Below are positions 51,518 through 61,290 of a DNA stretch of 64,000 nucleotides, in pieces. Location: assembly GCF_036321535.1 (NCBI RefSeq), contig NC_087467.1, positions 620,001 to 684,000 on the forward strand, written 5' to 3'. Source of the stretch: Camelus dromedarius. Taxonomy: Eukaryota. The position numbers and the translations under genes were made by a program. The notes beneath the pieces were generated by a model. The model saw only the letters and a program-made list of their open reading frames with translations, was not told the origin of the DNA and made no database searches. How positions within the stretch are numbered: position 1 is the first letter of the stretch; every line of letters begins with the position of its first letter.

Positions 51518-52007
51518 TGTTGATTGAGGAAAAAATGCACAATGGGAGAGTTGTGAGTTAAGTTTTATTTAGGTCAAAATGAGGACTATAGCCCTGGAGA
51601 TAGCCTCTCTGATAACTTTGAGGAGCTACTCCGAAGAAGTAAGGGGAGAGCTCAGTATATATAGGTGATTTTGGTGAAGGGGGATACATGCATTCACGCA
51701 CACATTTTGGCAGAAGGTCGCTGCTAGTCACAAGCAGGTTGCTGCTAGTCATGAGGAGCCGACATCTCCATTAATGATTTTAGTGCTTTTCTAGACATGA
51801 GGAGATGCAAGAAGATGGGTTCATAAAATCTGAAAAATATCCAGCTATCTGAAGGCTTCTTCTGCTAGTTTTTCCCAGAGCACAGAGTGTCCCATTCCTG
51901 ATCTCTACCCTGAACTCCCTTCACAGAGTGTGGAAGATTAGCATCTGCGGTGGCCAGTGACTTCATTCTTGTAGTGCCAGATGGTGAGTGACAAATTTTA
52001 GTTGGCA
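51518..52007 (-). mobile_element. ERV1-like solo LTR inserted into an L2 tail
   Basis: TG...CA termini. On the minus strand it shows a TATA-like ctatatatact and AATAAA (tttatt at 51564-51569). The flanks rejoin as the L2 end (gcatggcacttaatag..actcaataaatctccttagaatgaat). Confidence 0.75.
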
Positions 52008-54349
52008 ATGAGACTCAATAAATCTCCTTAGAATGAATACATAATGAGATTTGATTTAAAAAATGGCAATAATGTGATTGATTACTTTGGGAGTATGATT
52101 TGCAATATCCAGACTACTATTGGAATTTCCACCTGGAATTACCACTGAGATGAAGGCCTAGGACTGTGGAAAGGGACATGGGCATCCCTTGGACCAAAGC
52201 TTTCTCTTGGATGGTTTTGTGCTTTATAGCAGTGGGTGCTACAACCAACACAGTATTATGAAAGCCACGATGCTGGCTGTAGTAGCTCTAATGTTGCAAT
52301 GTAAGAAAAGCTAATATTCTTTTGCAGAGTTCATCCCAGCCAGGGTTGTATTTACTCACTGATATTTACATTTTATAGCAATACTCCTAGAGTTCACTTC
52401 CAAGCAGCATCCTTGTTAATGTCCAGTCTGATTGACTGTGAAAGTATTTTGAACACCATCTCTGCTTAGAGATTTAGAAACACCATCATTGGAATTCTTT
52501 CAAGAAAAATAAATTGTTGTGGAAGGTCTGAAATGTTTTAGAGTCTCACTTCTTCTTCTCTCCATTGAAGTAATTATTTTCTGTCTGGATTTGTGGTAGA
52601 GCAGTTTCTAAGAAAGTCAACAATAACGTTAGTGTAGAACACCCCATAAACTCTCATGGATTCCATTGGCAGTTTCCCTTTTGCACCCTTCCTCTGCTCT
52701 AGAATGGTCTTCCCTGTATCTTGTACACTGGAATTTTTCTTGATATTTTCCTTTTGGATCCAGTGTTACCTTTACAGAGAGACAAGCCCTGTCTGCATTG
52801 TCTAAAGTAACTCATCACAATGGTCTCATTACTTGATTTTTTTTTTCAACATATTGTCATTACCTGAAGTTATTCACTTATGTATTTCTTTATGTATATA
52901 TGTAGTTAACTGTCTGTCTGTTCCTTCACTAGGTTACAAGTTCCATGGTGGCAAGACCTTGCTGTCTTTGTCAGTACTGTATCCCCACCACATAAAACAG
53001 TGCCTGGCACATATTAGACTTTCAATACATATTTTGTTAATGAAACAAATTAACATTGATCTCCTAAAGTAGCTTGACAGGTTCTCTGATGTCATTACTG
53101 AGGCATGAGGCAGGGGTTATAGAAAATAAAAACAGAAAACATAAGAGAATAGCTCTTAGGACACGAAATACAATGAAAGGCCACCCAGTTGCCTTGTGAA
53201 CTGTTTTATCATGTGTGGCATCTGGGAGCTGCTCATACCAGTCCTGTTTTCATTCTGTCAACAACCTGCTGCCACAGCCATTGGAAGTGATGCATTTATG
53301 TACCAAGGCAAGAGAGTTACTTTTGATTTTTTTTTTCTTGTAACACATTCAAAAATACAATTCTAAAAGATAAAGTGTCTGGGGGAGGATAGGTGTGAGA
53401 ATTGTATGATTCAAACCAGAAACTTACATAAGGGTTGAATCTGGTCTCAACATAAAGTGGTAGTTGAATTTTGGAAAACTGAAACGATGTTATTTGGCTG
53501 AGCTGTAGGTGCACTTCAGTGATATTATATGATTTTTATTTGAATAGAAAAAAAGGCATTTAACTAAATTCTTATTTACATTAGCTCTAGTCTCCAATAT
53601 CACCTACAAATGTTATGTTTAGAGGTGTATCATATTTACTGAGTATTTCTATGGCAAAAAAAATATATGCTGGGTCATTCATTCATTCAATAAATATTTT
53701 CAAGCAAAAAAAAAATAAATAAATGCCAGGCAATGTGCTAGGCTCTGCAGATAAACAGAAAGCATTCTCTGTCCTCTGGTTGTCAACACCTACTACATAA
53801 AAGCCAATCTGCCCTGCAGTGGAGGCAATGTGAAATTATAGCATTATCAAGGGCTATTGTGAAAAATTAAAGTATCGTAAACTGTGGGACTAACCATGTG
53901 ACTGGCATCCAGTGAAAGCACAAAGATCATCCAAACCTACATGTGTGTGTGTGGGAGTACTGGGTTGTGTCTGAGGTGGGTGTGTGGATTCAATCACAAT
54001 ATGGTTGGAGAAAGAAACAAAATACAAATAATACGAAAGCCAGGCAACCAATGTTATCTATGAATCTTTGATAATGGATCCAGACATTCAGAGGAAGATC
54101 ACTAAAGCTGCTCCAATTGCATAGTCTTAGTCAATTTAAAATAATAAGCTTTGAGGGATTAATGAGTTAATTTAGTAAAAAAATAGAAGGGAGCTGGTCA
54201 TTGTAGACCAGATGAGCAAGACTTGATGGAGATTCGATTAACTAATCTTTAAGACATCTTGCTATCTAGCAATTTATCCATTCTCTTTTGGATTACAAAG
54301 ATAAGTTATAGCTAGATAAATTAGGAAAGGCCAAGAATATTTTTCTAGG

Positions 54350-54517
54350 CAGTGGTTCTCAAAATGTAGTCCCTAAACTTGCAGCATCAACACCACCCAG
54401 AATTTATGAGAAATGCAAATTCTCTGACCCCACTCCTTAACTCTGTAGGGACAATAGTCTACTTTCTAACAAGGCTTCCTGGTGATTCTGAGTTATACAC
54501 AAGCTTGAGAACCACTG
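54350..54517. mobile_element. MER5A-like hAT-Charlie element
   Basis: Perfect 13-bp TIRs cagtggttctcaa ... ttgagaaccactg and internal agaaatgcaaattctc..ggtgattctga. Confidence 0.85.
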
Positions 54518-55607
54518 TTCAAGGGCATGGGTATATAAAAAAATTATTGAAAAAAGTAAGAAGCAAAATTAAAGGTCAACTATGACTGAGATGTGGGTTT
54601 GCTATCAAGTCGCCTGACAAGTGAATCCCAGAAGAAGTATTTTTTCAGTCTCTTGGCGAGGAGAGCCCGAGGTGACCAGGTTCCCTGAGCAGCTTATCTG
54701 ACTTCTTCTTGACCCATATATTTAGTCTGTACGTTTCCTGTGTCATGCTGTTCCCTCCCTCTAAATACCCTTTCTTTCTGTCTCCATTTATGAAGTCTAC
54801 CCATTTTTGTTAAGTCTTTCATAAAGTATCAAAAGATTCCTTTTTCTGAAAACTTTTTTATACCAGTGATGTCTATGTTACTTGTCAGTTTTTTGAAATT
54901 TCATTTATTGTTTAAACTTTTTATTGAACAGTGTATATACAAAAATGTGCCAATATCTCTTGTGTATAGATTGAGGGGATTAAAAAAATACACCTATGGA
55001 AGTAACACTCAAAGAACAAAACATTGCCAGCACCCAGAAGCCCTGCTTATGCTCTGTTCCAGTCACTACCTACCTCCAGGATGAAAACACTGATTACCTC
55101 TGACAGCTTATATCAGTTTGGGAAACTCTTACCTATAATTGTTCCATTTGTTTTTATTTTAACCAAATGAGTTGTTTGCGTGTAGATCCCTTTTTATTGG
55201 ATATTTCATTAGGTTGCTGAAGTAGCACTTCTAATAGCAACATGGAATTTTTGAAATATCATTTCTAATAACCTGTTGTGTCTCCGAACCTCTGGCAGAA
55301 TCCATGTTCTTTGAGATTTTTGCAAATTGGGAAAGAAATCATCCAGCATATTATCTGCTATAATCAGGGCAGCAAAAAGCAACAAAGGAACTATACAGGC
55401 CTTTAAAAATCTCTCTCCAAACTTCCTTGTTCTCTGACACCTGACTACCTCTTTTCTTTCAATCAAATGGCCTGAAATCAATCCTTCATCTCAAAACACA
55501 TGCTCCTCTACCATCACCCTCCCTTCCTCTTTGCAGACCCTCTTTGACGTGTCCTGCCCTCCTTTCCACTCCACCTGGTAACCTTGCTGGAATGAGAGAG
55601 GTGTTAA

Positions 55608-56126
55608 TGTAATAGGGAAGAATGAATCTGACTCCATACTAGATCTATTCCTTTAAATTTCCCCCCATGCTCCGTTTCCTGTGCTTAGTCCTGCCGGTTG
55701 CACACCTTTGGTAAAATAATGTTACCTAGTGCCTGAAATATACAGGATAGCCATTCTCAAGGCTCTGACCTTTAAGGATATAACACTTTTTCATTCATAC
55801 AGAGATAAAAAGTTGCAGAACAGAGGATAACATTTGTCTTGTTGGAGGTTTATAGGAACATTGTGACCTGACTCACATGGACAGCTGCCAGAGCAAAGGA
55901 TTCTGACACCAAGAAGTTTGCAACAACCAACCACATTCCCTCCCCCTTTTAGTATAAAAGGAGCCTGAATCCTGACGTGGGTAAGATGGTTCTCTAGGAC
56001 ATTAGTCCCCCATCTTCTCCATCTGCTGGCTTTCCAAGTACAGTCATTATTTCTTGCCCCAACACCTCGTCTCCCGATTCCCTGGCCTGCCACGTGGAGA
56101 GCAGAATGAGTTTGGACTTGATAACA
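55608..56126 (+). mobile_element. ERV1-like solo LTR
   Basis: tgtaatagggaagaatgaatctgactccatactag ... gagtttggacttgataaca. TATAAAA at 55953-55959 and 4-bp flanks ttaa/ttac. Confidence 0.78.
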
Positions 56127-56404
56127 TTACTTTTTCAGTTCTCTGCAGCACTGGCTTACCCTCTTCAGAAATGATCACTTGTACCAGTACTTCTTCTCTG
56201 GTGTTCATCCATTTAGACCCTCAAATGAAAGCTCCAAGAGAACAGGGTTCCTGTCTCATTTATCGTTGTCCTTATAACATTCAAAATGACCTGACACCTA
56301 GTAGGTGCCCCCAAAAGCTCATTTGAAGTAATGAATTATATGCATGAGTAACAAAGTTTTAAATCAATAAATATTTCAAGTGAGAGATTTTTGAATTTGA
56401 AACA

Positions 56405-56490
56405 TCTTGGCTCTGCCAGTGATGAATCACTTGACCCACTGAGTCATGAACTTCCCTGTGCCTCAGATTCCCCTTTCGTAAAACTGAAGA
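56405..56490 (+). mobile_element. MIR SINE fragment
   Basis: cttggctctgcca..gaacttccctgtgcctcagattcccctttcgtaaaa is a MIR core. Confidence 0.6.
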
Positions 56491-57999
56491 CTGTGAAGAT
56501 ATCCCAGGTCTTGAACTCCACAGCGAGCATAAAGGAAATATGTGAAGATGGGGATGATGGCAAACAGGCCTTCTGAGGAGCTGCCTCTGCTAAACTCCAG
56601 GAGATTATTATGAAGGGAGAATGTGCATCTAATATTGCTTCAGATGCTAGTATTTCTAGAGATGCTGAAGCTCCAGATGTTTCCTCAGTGAAACTCTCAT
56701 GAAATGTGCACAATGAATTCTATTAAGAAACTGAAAACACCCTTAGCTGAAAAGCATCCACAGCATAATTAACTCTTTGTTTTGGGGGCCAGAGAAGCAC
56801 CAGCCATACTTTGAACCATTGACCATTTCATCATCCTTAAACAAAAATATATCTCAGGGTACAATTCATCAGATTTCTCAAGATTTCTTAAACATAAAGA
56901 GAGACTTGTAAAGGACATCTTTTTATATTTCTGAAAGAGTGGGAGTCGTGATCTTTTTCTCAAAACTGTCTTTCCTCCCTGTGTACATACTTTTGTAAAG
57001 TGACATTTTGATATCAGACCATTTGATATATGTTCTGGTAGCAAAGTGGCCATAACTCAAATTTCAGGGACCGCTGCCTTTCCCAGAATTTCATACAAAA
57101 TAAGTCAATGTCTAGATATGAATATATACTCACAGAGTTAAAATTTCCTACACATTTAAATTTTATTAATAATCATGATGTTTAGTAAAGAAGCCAACTA
57201 ATGAAATATTGAAACCAACTTAGACATAAAGCAATTATGCCAATAGGGGAGTGATTGAGCTAACTCACTTACTTGACAAAATATTAACATGTTCAAAAAT
57301 GACAGGAAATCTCTTTTGGAAGAATGAGAAGATAAATCACATCTAATGTCAAATAAAAACAGCAAAATTCTATAAGATATTTGGAATATGAAGCTAAAGT
57401 TTTTTAAAAAGTTGCTGAATTAAAAATGCTGGTAGAAAAATATGAAGAATGGATGGGTTAGGGAGGGAAATTATAAGTAATTACAATTATAAAATTATAA
57501 ATTATAAATGAAATCTTTTTATTTTGATCTCCATTTTCTGGATAATGACTATCAATGAAAATGTTTTCCCATATTTGAGTGTTTATGAGTGTATGTATAT
57601 TGCATCTTCTGCCAAATTTATTGCATAATGTAGAACAGTTATCTATATTGGAACAAAATGAAAACCAGCCATAACATCAAGCAGGGTCTTACCCTGCTCT
57701 GTTCACGTTTTTTATCTTGAGTTTGATAAGTTTTTTATCTCAACTCTGCTTTGCTCTGCCCGTATGCACATGACTTTCTTGCAAATTCAGATGAAGGAAG
57801 ATTTAAAATGAGACCAGACGCTAATTTCCTCAGCATCTTCTCTTAGACAAATTGCCAGATGCTCCCTCGGTGGGGGAAGATGAGCTGCAGTGGTTGTCAC
57901 AGGGGTTAGAAGAAAACGCCTAACGAAGCACCTGCAGGAACAGGTTAAGGCTGAAACCATCTCTGGGGGAAGCCCCGGGGCGGGCTCGAGCCCTCACCT

Positions 58000-58748
58000 G
58001 GGCTCTCGCAGGTCAGCACATCTCACCTGGGCTCTCTCAGGCGGGCGCGCCTCTCCGGGGCTCTCTCAGGCCGGCGCGCCTCGGCCGGGCTCCCTCAGGC
58101 CGGCGCGCCTCGGCCGGGCTCCCTCAGGCCGGCGCGCCTCAGCCGGGCTCTCTCAGGCCGGCGCTCCTCTCCGGGGCTCTCTCAGGCCGGCGCGCCTCAG
58201 CCGGGCTCCCTCAGGCCGGCGCGCCTCTCCGGGGCTCTCTCAGGCCGGCGCGCCTCGGCCGGGCTCCCTCAGAACGGCGCTCCTCGGCCGGGCTCTCTCA
58301 GGCCGGCGCTCCTCTCCGGGGCTCTCTCAGGCCGGCGCGCCTCAGCCGGGCTCCCTCAGGCCGGCGCTCCTCTCCGGGGCTCTCTCAGGCCGGCGCGCCT
58401 CGGCCGGGCTCCCTCAGGCCGGCGCTCCTCGGCCGGGCTCTCTCAGGCCGGCGCTCCTCTCCGGGGCTCTCTCAGGCCGGCGCGCCTCGGCCGGGCTCCC
58501 TCAGAACGGCGCTCCTCGGCCGGGCTCTCTCAGGCCGGCGCTCCTCTCCGGGGCTCTCTCAGGCCGGCGCTCCTCGGCCGGGCTCTCTCAGGCCGGCGCT
58601 CCTCTCCGGGGCTCTCTCAGGCCGGCGCACCTCGGCCGGGCTCCCTCAGGCCGGCGCGCCTCTCCGGGGCTCTCTCAGGCCGGCGCGCCTCGGCCGGGCT
58701 CTCTCAGGCCGGCGCGCCTCGGCCGGGCTCTCTCAGGCCGGCGCGCCT
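58000..58748. repeat. GC-rich 29-nt minisatellite (1 diverged edge unit, 24 full units, 1 partial)
   Basis: Unit gggct(c/t-variant)ctcaggccggcgc(g/t)cctc(ggcc/agcc/tccg), with no indels from 58029 to 58748. A typical unit is 24/29 G+C with 3-5 CpG. Confidence 0.97.
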
Positions 58749-59079
58749 GTGCAGACTGCACTTGACACCCTGAGAAAACAGGCCTAGAAGGAAATGTCAG
58801 CGTCGTTCCAGGGAGTTCATTTGTTGGCAGGCTATGTCGCAGTGTTCCAGGGAGACGAGATAAACTCTTACTCAGAAGTTCTACTTAGAATTCGAAGCAC
58901 ATTTACCCAAAATTAAAGCATCGTGTTTGATCGGCTTTTACAGGCCCAGACTCATTCAAAAATGAAGGGAGGGTCATGTATTCCTGGAAGACTCCTATTT
59001 TCGATCATGAGTGAGGTAGACTCAGAGATGGGGGGAGAGGCAGATTCACGGATGGGAGAGAGACAGGGAGACTGACAAA

Positions 59080-59450
59080 CAGAAGCTGCTTGACGGTGTT
59101 CATTGCTAAGCAGATGATAAAAATGTCTGCGACCCTAATGACAAAACCAGCCTCTCACGGGAGGATCATTTGAGAGAGTCTCCCAGGCAGATGGAATGCA
59201 GTACAGGGCCCTAAAGTAGAAATGAGCTGACAGTTATTAAAACCTGAGAGGAGGCTGTGAGGATCTGGTAGGTAAGGAGCGAGGCCTGGGGGAGGCGGTG
59301 CTGAGGAGAAAGACAGGTGCAAAGTCATCAGGGCCTTTTAGTACAGGTTGAAAGCTATTTTCTTAAACACCTAGGAAGCCTTTGAAGTTTTTACCCTGGG
59401 GACTTGGGATGATCTGATTGCCGTGTTTTAATGATCGCCCCGGCTTATGA
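59080..59450 (+). mobile_element. L2 fragment
   Basis: tcccaggcagatggaatgcagtacagggccctaaagtag..ctaggaagcctttgaagtttttaccctggggacttgggatgatctgatt. Confidence 0.55.
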
Positions 59451-61267
59451 TGACACGCTTTTCAATATTTCCATTTACAGTCTTGCCTCTGAGCATCCAG
59501 GCTCTAAGCCAAACCCCCAGACATAAAATGGTGACATGATTAGGAAAAGGCTCACTTTAGAGCACCCGTTCTGGACCAATCTGTAGCTTTTATGGGCACA
59601 TTATCACTGCCCCTGAGCCATAACGGGCCCCAAATTGGAGGCAGCGTTCCACCTGAGTCATCATCCAAACCGCTTTATGAAGCCGCCATCACATGTCTGG
59701 ACAGTCATTCAATTACTCATAAGGCCCGACTTTTCTCAGCTTCCGAGGGATATCAATGTCACAGATCGAGATGCTCATACTAACACCAGTTCGAGTGATT
59801 CGGTTTTCAGAAACAGCCACCAAGCATCTCTCCACACATTCAGTGTAACAAACACGGCAATGGTACAGTTTTGTAATTCAGTGAAAGTTTTTTTTCTTTT
59901 CTTTCTTTTTTCACTTAATCCTATCCTAGTCCTTCAGTGTCTTGGTCAAAGGCAAATATCAGTCCTTTGCCAGAGTCATGCTATTTCAAACAGAAAAAAG
60001 AAGGTTCAAGAAGGCAGAAATAAGTCTTGGTGGGGGGGGAAACAAAATACATATTTTTAACAAAACCACCAAAATAACAAACCTAATTTGTGATCGCATG
60101 TTCTCAGCTCTCCTCCTCCCAAAGCTCAGGGCTGGAGAATTCTCTGTCTCCTCAATTCCCCAGACCTCTAAGGATAATCGGACAGGTTTCTGGATTTTTA
60201 TGATGGAGAAATGGGGAGTGGGCAGGTGGAGGGGCAGAGCTAGAGGGGAAGCTGAAGGGCTTCGCAAGATAGAGGTGAAGGGAGAGGGGAGAGAACATAG
60301 CAAGTTTTCCAGCTAAGGTTTCAGGGAGCCATGTGGGGAGAATGAGGGGAACAGCAAATGGGGCTGATGGAGGGGAGAGAGTGAGAGACTCGGGGGAGAG
60401 AGAAAATTTAAGAAAAGTGGTCCAGAAATGACGATTTTGATCAGAACGCTCCCTCTTTCTCTCTTTCTCTCTCATCTTTCAGTTTTTCTTTAGACACAGT
60501 TTAATACAAATACTTGACTCACTGGATCAGGCATTCCAAAGGGTACAAATACAAGTCATTTTTATTGTTTATTCACTTGGTAAGAAAGACAGTGAAAGGA
60601 AAGAAAGTAAAGGCAGGGGGACACAAGAAGGGAAGATTAAGATAAAGGAGACGAAGAGTCACACATATTAACAGGTGAGGGTTTTGTCTCTTTTACCCTT
60701 TCAGATTCTTCCTGTGCAGAAGGCTGCTTCTAAGCTGTCAAAGAAGCCATTTCTTTTTCCGCTTATTCCTCAGTGATACTGAGGAGTTCTATGGGACGGG
60801 AAGCAACACACAGCGACCCGGCAAGGCCATCCAAGGTGCTCCGGAGTCCGGACTGAACCTGCCTGACAGTCCTGTCTCACCTCCCTTCAGAGCCTTCCCC
60901 ATTCCCCACGTTATCAGAAACAGGTGATGACTCAGCATCCCCGACACACAAGCCTGCCCTGCCTTCTTGTTTTCTCAGCCAGACACACCTTTCTCTTCCA
61001 CTTCTATTAATTTATGAAACAGTGATGTATTTTGCACATTTTTTGTATGAATGGTTCTAAATACAGTGACATTCATGCTACTTGAGAACAAATATTCAAT
61101 CTTCCACTTCCCCAAGTTACTTTTGAAAATGTGTGAACATAATTTTAAGTATAATATAATGCCTTGACCAAGAATCTCTATAACCATGCGGTCCTGGAGT
61201 GATTTTCTTAATCCTCTCAACTTTTTCCGCATCATACATAGAGGCACACACATGGCACACATGTACA

Positions 61268-61290
61268 ACACACACACACACACACACACA
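61268..61290. repeat. (CA)n microsatellite
   Basis: Directly visible. Confidence 0.95.

Noticed and set aside
56391-56713. Protein-like ORFs on both strands
   Set aside because: The first part is a MIR core, the remainder has stops in the continuing frame, and I recognise no protein or convincing splice sites.
58000-58748. CRISPR-like appearance of 29-nt repeats (also the 41-nt repeats at 1940-2062)
   Set aside because: The repeats are head-to-tail with no unique spacers, there are no cas genes, and the context is mammalian.
57890-58765. Longest ORF (291 aa, Gly/Arg/Ala/Pro-rich)
   Set aside because: It is the translation of the 29-nt minisatellite (29-aa period = 3 units), whose + strand happens to lack stops. 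It starts at GTG and has no other coding evidence.
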